Shown one piece after another: positions 8,182 through 16,851 of a stretch of 64,000 nt of DNA; the stretch's first letter is position 1, and each line of letters starts with the position of its first letter. The notes beneath the pieces are model-generated. The model ran no database searches. It worked only from the letters and a program-made list of their open reading frames with translations, and was not told the origin of the DNA. Origin of the DNA: Candidatus Kaiserbacteria bacterium (GTDB taxonomy: Bacteria; Patescibacteriota; Minisyncoccia; Phycocordibacterales; Phycocordibacteraceae). The position numbers and the translations under genes are program-made. The stretch covers positions 276,562 through 340,561 of the forward strand of contig OY969413.1 of assembly GCA_963699165.1 (NCBI GenBank), given 5' to 3'.

Positions 8182-10203
8182 GTGAAATTAGCGAAAGAAG
8201 TTGAGGTAGTTGGCCGAGCCGTGTACACTGCTCGTATGACTAAAAAAGGATGGGGATTTGATACGAAAAATATCGATGCAAGCGTGCGGCCGCAGGACGA
8301 TTTTTATCATTACGCAAACGGAACGTGGCTGAAAAATAATCCGATTCCGGAAAATGAATCTCGCTGGGGCGCATTTCTCATTCTTCGGTATGACACGGAG
8401 AAAAAATTGCGCGCTCTTGTGACCAAGCTCCAAAATATGAAGCGGCTCGAAGCCGGTACGCCAGAGCAAATGATTCGCGATTTGTATTGCTCCGCATTCG
8501 ACATGAAAAGACGGAATGCGCTCGGTATAGAGCCGGTTCGTCCGTGGCTCGATCGCATTCAAAACATTAAAAATGTCCGCCAGCTTGTTTTGATGCTCGC
8601 GCATCTCGAGAAAATCGGCGGCGCCGGCCCGTGGGGTCTCGGGGTCGAGCAGGATTTGAAAAACAGCGAGAAATATCTTCTCTACATCGGACAAAGCGGA
8701 CTTTGCATGCCCGACCGCGACTATTATTTGAATGACGATGCCGAATCGGTTCGCGTGCGCACCGCGTACGTGAAGCATGTTGAAGCAATCTTTAAACTTA
8801 TGGGCAAGACGAGCGCGGAGGCGAAGCGCGACCGCGCGACTGTCATGCGCATCGAAACGGCGCTCGCGAAGATTTCGATGACGAAGGAGGATTTGCGCGA
8901 CGTCGATAAGATTTATTGCAAGATGCGGGCGTCGGCGCTTGGCCGCCTTGCGCCGAATATCGATTGGGACGCCTATCTGCGCATTTTGGGAACCGGAAAA
9001 TTGAACGAAGTTGTCGTCATGCAACCGGAGTTTATGAAAGGCGCAAACGCGATGCTTGAGAAGGAGCCGATTGAGGATTGGAAAACCTACCTCTCGTGGC
9101 GCGTCGTTAACGGTACATCCGGCCTACTTTCGGAAAAATTCGTTAAGGAAAATTTTTCTTTTTACGGCACAACGCTTTCGGGTGTAAAAGTTATGAAGCC
9201 GTTGTGGCGCCGCGCGCTTGGAGCTGTCGAAGGAATGCTCGGCGAGCCGCTTGGCAAGCTGTATGTGCAGGCGTATTTCGGCCCGGATGCGAAAAAGAAA
9301 ATCGTCGCGATTGTGGACGATTTGTTTGAGGCATACGAGGCGCGCATAAAAAATCTCGACTGGATGACTCCCGCTACAAAAAGGAAAGCGATTGAGAAGC
9401 TGCATAAAATCAATCGCAAACTCGGGTATCCGGATAAATGGAAAAGTTATCGCGGCCTCGTCATCAAGCCGGATGATTTTTTCGGAAATGCGATTCGTGC
9501 AACGCTTTTTCACCATGCCCGCGAAATACAACGATTGAAAAAACCGGTTGACCGGGTTGAGTGGCACATGACGCCGCAGACAGTAAACGCCTACTACAGC
9601 TTCACGTTAAATGACATTGTCTTCCCTGCCGCCATTTTGCAGGCACCGATTTTCTCGCCTGATGCCGATGATGCCGTAAACTACGGCGCAATCGGTTCGG
9701 TCATCGGCCACGAAATTACGCACGGCTTTGACGACCAGGGTGCAAAGTTCGATGGCAAGGGAAATCGGAAAACGTGGTGGAGAAAAGAAGACCGTGCGCG
9801 ATTCGATAAAAAGGCGGAGGTTTTGAAAAAACAGTTCGATACCTACGCGGTTGCAGACGACGTAAAAGTGAACGGCCAGCTGACGCTCGGAGAAAATATC
9901 GCCGACCTCGGCGGTGCTTCGATCGCATTCGATGCGTATAAGCTCCGTCTTGCAAAAACGGGTAGAAAAGACATCGATGGATTTACGCCCGAACAGCGAT
10001 TTTTCCTCGGGCTTGCGGTCTTCGATTCGGAAAACATGCGGCCGGAAGCGCAAAAAATGCGCGTGCTTACCGACCCGCACTCCCCCGGCATATTCCGCAT
10101 AAACGGGCCGGCGTCAAACCTACCGGAGTTTTACGAAGCGTTCGGAGTTAAAAAGGGCGACAAGCTCTATCGCGACCCGAACGACCGTGCAAAGATTTGG
10201 TGA
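8182..10203 (+). CDS. pepO: M13 family zinc metallopeptidase (neprilysin / PepO-like endopeptidase).
   Basis: HEITHGFD zinc-binding motif (VIGHEITHGFDDQG) and the ENIADLGG motif. The length and layout are typical of M13 peptidases. Confidence 0.9.
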   Translation: MKLAKEVEVVGRAVYTARMTKKGWGFDTKNIDASVRPQDDFYHYANGTWLKNNPIPENESRWGAFLILRYDTEKKLRALVTKLQNMKRLEAGTPEQMIRDLYCSAFDMKRRNALGIEPVRPWLDRIQNIKNVRQLVLMLAHLEKIGGAGPWGLGVEQDLKNSEKYLLYIGQSGLCMPDRDYYLNDDAESVRVRTAYVKHVEAIFKLMGKTSAEAKRDRATVMRIETALAKISMTKEDLRDVDKIYCKMRASALGRLAPNIDWDAYLRILGTGKLNEVVVMQPEFMKGANAMLEKEPIEDWKTYLSWRVVNGTSGLLSEKFVKENFSFYGTTLSGVKVMKPLWRRALGAVEGMLGEPLGKLYVQAYFGPDAKKKIVAIVDDLFEAYEARIKNLDWMTPATKRKAIEKLHKINRKLGYPDKWKSYRGLVIKPDDFFGNAIRATLFHHAREIQRLKKPVDRVEWHMTPQTVNAYYSFTLNDIVFPAAILQAPIFSPDADDAVNYGAIGSVIGHEITHGFDDQGAKFDGKGNRKTWWRKEDRARFDKKAEVLKKQFDTYAVADDVKVNGQLTLGENIADLGGASIAFDAYKLRLAKTGRKDIDGFTPEQRFFLGLAVFDSENMRPEAQKMRVLTDPHSPGIFRINGPASNLPEFYEAFGVKKGDKLYRDPNDRAKIW

Positions 10204-10231
10204 CTTGAACTCACGAGAAGACCGCTTTTTC

Positions 10232-11281
10232 GGTTTAAAGAAAGAAATGGGAGGCTGAATTAAGCGCCATCCCGCAGTAATTTGGATATGACTTTGTACC
10301 GGCGGTCGCGCCGCAGACCGTGATGCACGCCTAGTTTCTTCTTTAGTGCAGAGAAGGAACCGTCGAGCGAATTGGTGGTGTTCGGTATGTGTAGTTCCGG
10401 ATATTTTTGATACGTAAAAAGATTCGAGAGGTTCGTTGCAAGCGATCGGTATGCGGCGCGGACATTCTTGTGAGTGAAGTGCCACTTCGTCTTGCCGCTC
10501 TCGAAGGTTGAGACGGTCTTCTCGCTGATGAAATCCTTCCAGCGTTCGTACCACACAGTGAGCGCTGCAGAAAAGGTTGCCTCATCGGTTTTCGTGAGGG
10601 TGTGGACAAGTGCGAGGAGCTCCTTGCCTGCCTCGGTCTTGGGACGGCTCGTGAGATATCGCCCGACGATTTTGATTTGGTGGAACTGACAGATTTGCAC
10701 CGGGATATCCTCAAATACCTTGAGAAATCCTCGTCGTCCGTCGACCACAGCTGCGGTGAAGACCCAGCCGCGTTCCTCAAGAATCTGCCGTGCGTATCGA
10801 TAGTGGACCATGAGCTCGCTCGCGACTTCGTGCCACCAGATGTTCTTCGCGAGCGGCCAGGCGCGGAAGACGCAGACGCCATAATGGCGACCCCAGAAGG
10901 TGGTGTCGGCAATAACGACAGTTGTGTGCGGTTCGGTCTCGGCAATCGGTACACTGACCGTATCAAGTTGTTTGCGTACCCACACATGCGAACGGCCATG
11001 CTTTTTGGCGAGCTGTTTGAGCGTCTGCTTGCCCTCGATATATTCTTCCCAGAGTTCAGTACCGACTCCAGTGTCGCGCCGTGGTGATTGAAATTGAGAT
11101 CCACAATTCAGGCATTTGTATCGTTGCAGAGTATTCCTCTTTCCATTCTTCTTGCTCCGTGCGTCACCGCATTCGGGACAGATTCGGCCACTTTTTTAAG
11201 ACGCATGTTAAATATTTGTTGTTCTAGCTTGTATGTACGCCACCATATCACGAAATCAGCCTCCCAAAAGTTTCTTTAACC
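10232..11281. mobile_element. IS1-family insertion sequence (1050 bp). It has imperfect ~27-bp terminal inverted repeats (GGTT(T)AAAGAAA...GGGAGGCTGA) and an 8-bp target-site duplication GCTTTTTC (10224-10231 and 11283-11290). It lies between the pepO stop and the stop of the HD-domain gene.
   Basis: Inverted repeats at both ends and flanking direct repeats. The encoded protein carries the IS1 InsA zinc finger (CPECG...NGK...QRYKCLNC) fused to an InsB-like DDE region (ADTTFWGRHYG...VVDGRRGF). Confidence 0.75.
10260..10985 (-). CDS. IS1-family transposase (fused InsAB-like). The frame is open upstream to 11195 and includes the zinc-finger region, but no in-frame ATG follows the stops, so this is a possible pseudogene or uses a non-canonical start.
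   Basis: Translation upstream of the track ORF reads KSGRICPECGDARSKKNGKRNTLQRYKCLNCGSQFQ...HVWVRKQLDTV. The track's start is a GTG. The only upstream ATG (11244-11246, after a GGGAGG RBS) is separated from this frame by two in-frame TAA codons. Confidence 0.65.
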   Translation of the reverse strand: MWVRKQLDTVSVPIAETEPHTTVVIADTTFWGRHYGVCVFRAWPLAKNIWWHEVASELMVHYRYARQILEERGWVFTAAVVDGRRGFLKVFEDIPVQICQFHQIKIVGRYLTSRPKTEAGKELLALVHTLTKTDEATFSAALTVWYERWKDFISEKTVSTFESGKTKWHFTHKNVRAAYRSLATNLSNLFTYQKYPELHIPNTTNSLDGSFSALKKKLGVHHGLRRDRRYKVISKLLRDGA

Positions 11282-11857
11282 GGCTTTTTCGCGTGCGTGC
11301 ACTTCTGCAAGACGCTTCGTGAGCCGGTGTTCCGGCAATCGTTTTTGCGCAATGCGCAGCGCTTCGCCGTGATACCACGCATAGTCGGCAGACGGCTGAC
11401 GCCAGCGCGCGAGCAATGACTCGCCTTCCTTTGCATACGCCTCAATCTTGCTTTCGATGTTGTCGATTTTATCCGCAACGGCAATGAGCACCGCATCGTC
11501 GTTCGCCTCTTCAAGACGGCGCAGATAATCCTCTTTTCGCTCCCTCCAGCCAAGCTTCTTTCCGTCGATTTCTTTCAACTCGCTTACCGACTCCACAAGC
11601 GTTGCGACTCGTTCGTTAAAAACGGCGGCGATTTCCTCGCGCATCGTGCCGGTATCTTCAATCGTGTCGTGCAAAAGCGCGGCCGTCACAACATCGTCAT
11701 CGGCGCCACTCTGCCCATCCGAATCCTCGGCGACAAGCAGCGCCACCGAAAAAAAATGTGTGATGTACGGCAACGGCTCCGCCTCGCGCCGCATCTGACC
11801 GTTATGTTTTTTCGCCGCAAATTGAATCGCTTTTTTGATTTGCGGCGTGTGGTTCAT
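11276..11857 (-). CDS. HD-domain phosphohydrolase, RelA/SpoT-type ((p)ppGpp hydrolase-like small alarmone hydrolase).
   Basis: HD motif in the N-terminal region and LLHDTIEDT, the signature of the RelA/SpoT hydrolase domain. The protein is 193 aa. Confidence 0.75.
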   Translation of the reverse strand: MNHTPQIKKAIQFAAKKHNGQMRREAEPLPYITHFFSVALLVAEDSDGQSGADDDVVTAALLHDTIEDTGTMREEIAAVFNERVATLVESVSELKEIDGKKLGWRERKEDYLRRLEEANDDAVLIAVADKIDNIESKIEAYAKEGESLLARWRQPSADYAWYHGEALRIAQKRLPEHRLTKRLAEVHAREKAG

Positions 11858-11879
11858 GAGTTCAGTATATCAAAGTGAA

Positions 11880-11911
11880 AACCGCGGCCACCGTTTACGG
11901 CGACCGCGGTT
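11880..11911. terminator. Imperfect GC-rich hairpin (aaccgcggccaccg/ttta/cggcgaccgcggtt) followed by a short T-run on the minus strand. Candidate terminator for the upstream minus-strand gene.
   Basis: Inverted repeat with two central mismatches. Only four T follow, so the call is weak. Confidence 0.3.
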
Positions 11912-11927
11912 CTTGATATCCTCGCGA

Positions 11928-12617
11928 TTAGGCAGCGAGGTCGTTCGACATCGTCGGGCAGTAACGATTCTTGTTGCCGGGACTTTCGAACCAGCGTATG
12001 TCGCAACTCCATGCGCCGTCCGTCCCGCAGCACAGAATAACGTGGTAACGCCCGCCGTCCGGACCGCGCAACTCAGTACCGAGAAATTCAATTTGCCGGA
12101 TGGATGGGTGCATGACGTGCAACCATTCGAGCGTTCGCTGTCCTTCTTGAATCAGCAATGCCCTTGCGATTTGCGCATCAAGGCGGACGCATCCGATTTC
12201 TGCGAGCAGGCGAACTTTATCGTCCGCCGTTTTCGATGATGGATGCGAAACGAATTTCACTTTTGCGAAATCGATCTGCGTGAGCGCCAAGGAACGCGCG
12301 TCCTGCCGTTCCTCGCCGGTCAAGCCGTCCCCTTCGCGCGGACCTCGCCAGATGCCCCATCCTGGCTGCCTGACGAACTCCGACGGATGGAAAAGCCGCT
12401 TCCGATCTACGGTAAGCGGCGGACACGGAACGCGGAAATTTCCGCCGTTCGACACGATGATCTCGAATCGATTTGCGAAATCCTGCGCGGGCAACCCGAG
12501 GAGGGTTCCCAATCCGTTTCCCGAGACATTCCGCCAATCAATCCCTTGCAGCCGTCGGAAGAACTCGCGGACTTGTTCAGAGGATGGTGGTTCTTGCTGT
12601 GTCAATTCTGTCTCCAA
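11928..12617 (-). CDS. Hypothetical protein (229 aa) in a locally GC-rich segment.
   Basis: Long ORF with protein-like composition and no recognisable motif. A 264-aa ORF overlaps on the opposite strand, so the coding strand is uncertain. Local GC (~58-60%) is higher than the surroundings. Confidence 0.4.
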   Translation of the reverse strand: METELTQQEPPSSEQVREFFRRLQGIDWRNVSGNGLGTLLGLPAQDFANRFEIIVSNGGNFRVPCPPLTVDRKRLFHPSEFVRQPGWGIWRGPREGDGLTGEERQDARSLALTQIDFAKVKFVSHPSSKTADDKVRLLAEIGCVRLDAQIARALLIQEGQRTLEWLHVMHPSIRQIEFLGTELRGPDGGRYHVILCCGTDGAWSCDIRWFESPGNKNRYCPTMSNDLAA

Positions 12618-12942
12618 AAAGAACGTGTTTCAGTTTCGAATCCTAGCGTGTTGCGGCGATTATGCAAACCGTTCGCGTATAAAACAACGACCCGCGGCTT
12701 CCTGCGAAGCTCGCGGGTCAGGGTCCGGATTCCAGCTTTAGTTCTTGGCGACATGAGTATTTGGCTGGACGTAGCCGCTCGTTGGGGTGTACTGCTGGTC
12801 GGCTATAGAGAAAGCAACTGCAATTATAAGCAGCGAGAGAACGGCTGTGGCAATGTATTGGCGCATTACTGGATGACTCCTGGGGTGACAAAGAGTGGTC
12901 TGAGTGAAGTATTCAGCATAAATCTGATTTGTCAATTTTGCC

Positions 12943-13874
12943 TGTACGTTAGTATCGGGTTGTTGACACTTTTCGCGTCGACGAGTTCATTGAAAGCGCA
13001 AAAGGCGCGGTACGATTTTGGTGTTCAGACCATTTAATCGTTAGCGCCTCTTGCATGCACAAGAATACCAAATTGTTGCCGTACCAACGGCGTGAGATGT
13101 TCCGCAGATGGGGTATGGGAGCTCAAGCGACCCATTTGGCCCGAGAATACAAAGTCTCCCGAGAAACCGTATACGAGACACTTAAAGATGCCCGACTGAA
13201 CGTCTTCGAGAATCGTTCCTCGATGAATCACCGATATCGCACCATCCTGTACGGGTTCCAAAAGCTTGCTCGCACCGAAAAGCGCGTGGGAGAGAAGCTC
13301 GCCCGCAAAGCCCATCGATTGAACCGATACGAGAAATCGATACCGGGTGAAATGCTGCATCTCGATACCAAGCGCCTGCCGCTCCTGCGAGGAGAAGCCG
13401 CCGCGCAACCGAGAGAATACCTATTTGTCGCCATTGACGACTACTCTCGTACCGCCTTTGCCGATATCTTCCCCGACAAGACCGCATACTCGGCCGCCAT
13501 GTTCCTCGCCGAGAGCAAGCGAGTATTGCCGTTCCCCGTGACCGGCATCTATTCCGACAACGGGAGCGAGTACCGGGGACGACCGGATCATCCGGTGGCG
13601 GCACTCTGCAGGGAAACGGGCATGAGCCAAGCGTTCACGAAAGTGAAGCATCCCTGGACCAATGGAAAAGCGGAGCGATTCATCAAAACCCTCATGACCG
13701 AATGGCACGGGAAGACACGTTCCAATCACATCTCTCGAGCCCATCGCCGACGCTATTTGTATGCGTTTGTGGACTGGTACAACCAGACCCGCATTCACCA
13801 ATCGCTCGGAACAACTCCATTCGGAAGACTCGAGGCGTACCTAGAAAGTGTCAACAACGCGTTGACTTAGTACA
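12943..13874. mobile_element. IS481-family insertion sequence, copy 1 (about 932 bp). It has ~27-bp inverted repeats (TGTAC...GTTGTTGACAC) and a 7-bp target duplication TTTTGCC. Copy 2 at 36436..37367 differs by two SNPs.
   Basis: The two copies are near-identical (A/G at about 13089 is synonymous; one further SNP). Both start with TGTAC, and each has its own flanking direct repeats, a different one per copy. Confidence 0.85.
13055..13870 (+). CDS. IS481-family DDE transposase (rve integrase core), 271 aa.
   Basis: N-terminal HTH (ATHLAREYKVSRETVYE) and a DDE core with LHLDTKRLPLL, DNGSEYRG and HPWTNGKAERFIKTL, the HPxTNGxxER motif of IS481/IS3-type integrases. Confidence 0.9.
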   Translation: MHKNTKLLPYQRREMFRRWGMGAQATHLAREYKVSRETVYETLKDARLNVFENRSSMNHRYRTILYGFQKLARTEKRVGEKLARKAHRLNRYEKSIPGEMLHLDTKRLPLLRGEAAAQPREYLFVAIDDYSRTAFADIFPDKTAYSAAMFLAESKRVLPFPVTGIYSDNGSEYRGRPDHPVAALCRETGMSQAFTKVKHPWTNGKAERFIKTLMTEWHGKTRSNHISRAHRRRYLYAFVDWYNQTRIHQSLGTTPFGRLEAYLESVNNALT

Positions 13875-13942
13875 TTTTGCCGATGGATGCAAGCATGGCT
13901 CGCAGTCGAGATTTTCGACTGCGAGCCAGGTGGTGCGGGACT

Positions 13943-14674
13943 TTATCGGAGGATGCAGGATTCGGCGTCGGCAGCGTTGGGGTTGATCGGATGACCGATA
14001 TAGACCGGACCCAGAGTCCATGTGCCTGCCATCGCGGTAGTCCGGTGTTCTTTTCCATTAGCATCCACCACGATGTAGATTCGTGGATGTTGATGCGTGA
14101 GGTCTTTTTGCCAAGCCACCTTTGTATCCACCGCCAGATACAACGTATTGGACGGCTGTTGCCGTGCTGTTCCGTAGCGCTTTAGCGTTCGGGAGTAAGC
14201 ATTTGGCGAATAGCCATTGATGTCGATGGCGTCTGCAGTTAACGGACCGCCCTCGTTCGCTCCAAGGGCGATGACCGCGCTGTCGGCAGCATGAACACAG
14301 TGCGAGCTCAGCAGCGTAGCTACCAGATTTTTGCTGAAGGCAATCAGTTCAGCCGTCGATGCCGGACGAAGATCGTTGTTCTTCATTGTCGCCAGAACGG
14401 ATTCCGCAGTGGCATTCCTCGGCGCTGACACGATTACCATTGGTGTCGACTCCGCTCGATGTACTTCTCGATCCGACGGCAGCAGCGATGGGTCAATGCC
14501 CCGGCTTTGGTCGTAGTATGAGAAGTCGTAGACGGGCGGCAGCAGCGCGGACAAGTCCGGCTGTGTTGCCTCAATGTGAGGATTTGTTTTGTCGATTGCA
14601 TAATCTGCAAACGCATCACTGGGCATTTGAAACGCCAGCGCGATGACAGACGCCAATACCAGAATGAATTTCCG
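13943..14674 (-). CDS. Hypothetical secreted protein with a signal peptide.
   Basis: MRKFILVLASVIALAFQMPSDAFA signal-like N-terminus. No recognisable catalytic motif. It lies between two IS copies. Confidence 0.5.
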   Translation of the reverse strand, partial: RKFILVLASVIALAFQMPSDAFADYAIDKTNPHIEATQPDLSALLPPVYDFSYYDQSRGIDPSLLPSDREVHRAESTPMVIVSAPRNATAESVLATMKNNDLRPASTAELIAFSKNLVATLLSSHCVHAADSAVIALGANEGGPLTADAIDINGYSPNAYSRTLKRYGTARQQPSNTLYLAVDTKVAWQKDLTHQHPRIYIVVDANGKEHRTTAMAGTWTLGPVYIGHPINPNAADAESCILR

Positions 14675-14753
14675 CATAATTTGCTCCTCAGACATGATAT
14701 GTGGTGATGTGAAGGTTCTCTAGAAATATTATACTCAATAAACATGAAGATTG

Positions 14754-15797
14754 TCAATATTTTGTACGCGTCCAGTACTTTTGGCAGTCCCCGACGGTTA
14801 ATGTACACACAATATACCGCAAGGGGGACACCATGCCGAGCGACTGGTGCGGGCGTTTGGTGTTGTACCAGATCAGCCAGTCGACAAGCTTCAGATTGAA
14901 GGAATGAATATCGTCCCGCAGCAGGCCCCGATTCAGCATGATGAAGTCCTCGGAGACGGTGCGATTGAATCGTTCGACGTGGGCATTCATCTTGGGAGTG
15001 CGGGGGCGGGTGTGAAAGTGCGTGAGCCCGAGTTCGGCACAGGCATCCTCGAAGTGTTTGGCGAACTCGCTCCCGTTGTCGGTCTGCAACTCGTCGATAT
15101 CGAAGGGGCAAACCTCGATGACTCGGCGAAGGAAGTCGTCCGCGCTTCTCGACGAGTGGTTCGTATACGCGCCCGCAAAGGCGAACTTCCGCTCCACATC
15201 CACTGCCGTGAGGACGTACCGCTTCACGCCGTCGATGAAGCGGACGACGGTATCGAGCTCCATGCCGCGCTTGCCGGTGCGGCGAAGCTTGGTACGGCGT
15301 TTCTGCGGTGTTTCCGTGTGATTGCCCGTACGTGCGTGGAACGAGAGCCGGCTCTGCTGCGGGAGCAGACCGCGGTTCTTCAAATCCAGAATGACCCGCC
15401 CAACGTATGACTCCGACACGGAGTGCCCTTCTTCGCGCAGGAGAACGGCAAGCTTTGCTTTCCCAAGCCGGGGATGCGCCTGTCGTTCGCGGATGATGAA
15501 ATCCTCGACCTCGGGCAGAACAGTCCTCCTTCGACGCGCCTTCGGCGCAGTGCTCTTCGGGTCAAGTGCATCAATGCGGCCCTCGTGGGCTTTGAGTTCC
15601 TCCTTCCAGCGATACAAGGTGCGCTCCGAGGTGCCAAAGGCGTCGTATGCGGCCTCCGTCCCGTGCATGTCCCAGAATCCCAATATCTTCACCCGTCTGT
15701 CGACTTCCTTTGGTTTCCGCATATGCCGCAATCGTATCGTCCTTTCCCACATGCTCAACCAGCCCTTCGTACCCCTGAAATTGCTTCTGATGTGCAT
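14754..15797 (-). CDS. DDE transposase/integrase (rve core; IS481-like). Its last three codons read through the IS end into the flank.
   Basis: DNGSEFAKHF and HTRPRTPKMNAHVERFNRTVSEDF motifs, with an N-terminal HTH. The start is chosen inside the IS (MHIRSNF). The C-terminus differs from copy 2 only beyond the IS boundary. Confidence 0.8.
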   Translation of the reverse strand: MHIRSNFRGTKGWLSMWERTIRLRHMRKPKEVDRRVKILGFWDMHGTEAAYDAFGTSERTLYRWKEELKAHEGRIDALDPKSTAPKARRRRTVLPEVEDFIIRERQAHPRLGKAKLAVLLREEGHSVSESYVGRVILDLKNRGLLPQQSRLSFHARTGNHTETPQKRRTKLRRTGKRGMELDTVVRFIDGVKRYVLTAVDVERKFAFAGAYTNHSSRSADDFLRRVIEVCPFDIDELQTDNGSEFAKHFEDACAELGLTHFHTRPRTPKMNAHVERFNRTVSEDFIMLNRGLLRDDIHSFNLKLVDWLIWYNTKRPHQSLGMVSPLRYIVCTLTVGDCQKYWTRTKY

Positions 15798-15842
15798 ATA
15801 TCCTCGGTTATGAGGACTGCCAAATGTATCTGAACTTATGCA
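14763..15842. mobile_element. IS481-like (rve-type) insertion sequence, copy 1 (1080 bp). It has ~30-bp imperfect inverted repeats (TGTACGCG...; conserved core TTTGGCAGTCC) and a 5-bp target duplication TATTT. Copy 2 at 45559..46638 differs by one SNP.
   Basis: A 1080-bp near-identical repeat with TGTAC termini and a flanking direct repeat. The encoded protein has the integrase core. Confidence 0.8.
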
Positions 15843-15862
15843 TATTTTGCGTGCAGGCAGAG

Positions 15863-16531
15863 TCAGAGCCACCCTATTGGCTTCTCGGCATGCTCGATAA
15901 GATATGTATTCGTTTTACTAAAGGGCTTGCTTCCAAAAAAACCGTTTGAGGCGGAAAACGGCGACGGATGCGCGGATTCGAGAACCAGATGTTTGCTGCG
16001 GTCGATGTGCGCGCCTTTTGCTTTTGCATAGTTGCCCCACAGTATGAAAACCAAATGTTCGCGTTCTGCAGAAAGCGCGGCAATGACTGCATCGGTGAAT
16101 TGTTCCCAGCCGCGCGATTGGTGCGAGCCGGCGGCGTGGGCGCGTACGGTGAGAGTCGCGTTTAGAAGCAAAACGCCCTGCTCTGCCCATCGTGAGAGGT
16201 CGCCGCTCGTATGCTCGAGCGGCGCGCTCAAGTCATCCTCGATTTCTTTAAAAATATTTTTGAGCGACGGCGGGAGCGTCTGATTTTCTTCGACCGCGAA
16301 GGCAAGACCGTTTGCCTGCCCGTCGCCATGATACGGGTCTTGGCCGAGAATGACGACTTTTACTTTTTCAAACGGGCAAAGGTCGAATGCGCGAAAAATG
16401 TTTTTCGGCGCAGGGTACACTGCGCCGGTTTTGTACTCGTTTTTTACGAACGCGGCGAGTTCGGAAAAATACTGTTTTGCAAATTCGCCCGCGAGCTGCT
16501 GTTGCCACGAGGGTTCGATTTTCACTTCCAT
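15863..16531 (-). CDS. ung: Uracil-DNA glycosylase, family 1.
   Basis: Motifs VILGQDPYHGDGQANGLAF and LLLNATLTV...HQSRGWEQFTD, and the C-terminal HPSPFSASNGFFG. The 438-aa track ORF is an artefactual upstream extension; the true start is MEVKIEPSW at 16531. Confidence 0.9.
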   Translation of the reverse strand: MEVKIEPSWQQQLAGEFAKQYFSELAAFVKNEYKTGAVYPAPKNIFRAFDLCPFEKVKVVILGQDPYHGDGQANGLAFAVEENQTLPPSLKNIFKEIEDDLSAPLEHTSGDLSRWAEQGVLLLNATLTVRAHAAGSHQSRGWEQFTDAVIAALSAEREHLVFILWGNYAKAKGAHIDRSKHLVLESAHPSPFSASNGFFGSKPFSKTNTYLIEHAEKPIGWL

Positions 16532-16535
16532 GGGT

Positions 16536-16850
16536 TTACAAAGCTCCCTCGGCTTCGAGCAGTTCGCGCTTGCGCGCATCGCCGCGGTTGTAGCGGCCGA
16601 GCTCGCCGTTCGCGCGAATAACGCGATGGCATGGCACGGTCGGGTCGAAATTTTTTTTAATGACCGTGCCGACCGCGCGCTGCGCGCGCGGCCTGCCGAC
16701 GGCTTTCGCGATGTCGCCGTAACTTCTTGTCTCCCCTTTCGGGATACGGCGTACGGCAGCCAGAACGCGCTTTGCAAACACGTCGGCAGCCCTCGCGGTT
16801 TTACTGCCATACATGGAAGCGTTTTCCCTCTCGGTTGAATTTGCCTGCAT
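16536..16850 (-). CDS. ogt: Methylated-DNA--protein-cysteine methyltransferase (MGMT/Ogt) DNA-binding/active-site domain protein.
   Basis: PCHRV active-site motif (TVPCHRVIRANGELGRY) in a ~100-aa protein. It lies 4 nt upstream of ung. Confidence 0.85.
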   Translation of the reverse strand: MQANSTERENASMYGSKTARAADVFAKRVLAAVRRIPKGETRSYGDIAKAVGRPRAQRAVGTVIKKNFDPTVPCHRVIRANGELGRYNRGDARKRELLEAEGAL

Positions 16851-16851
16851 A

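Noticed and set aside
12243-13037. A 264-aa plus-strand ORF overlapping the 11928..12617 minus-strand ORF and the IS481 left end.
   Set aside because: It runs through the IS terminal repeat and has a low-complexity, Arg/Ser-rich composition. It was kept only as an alternative-strand caveat in the finding and not as a feature.
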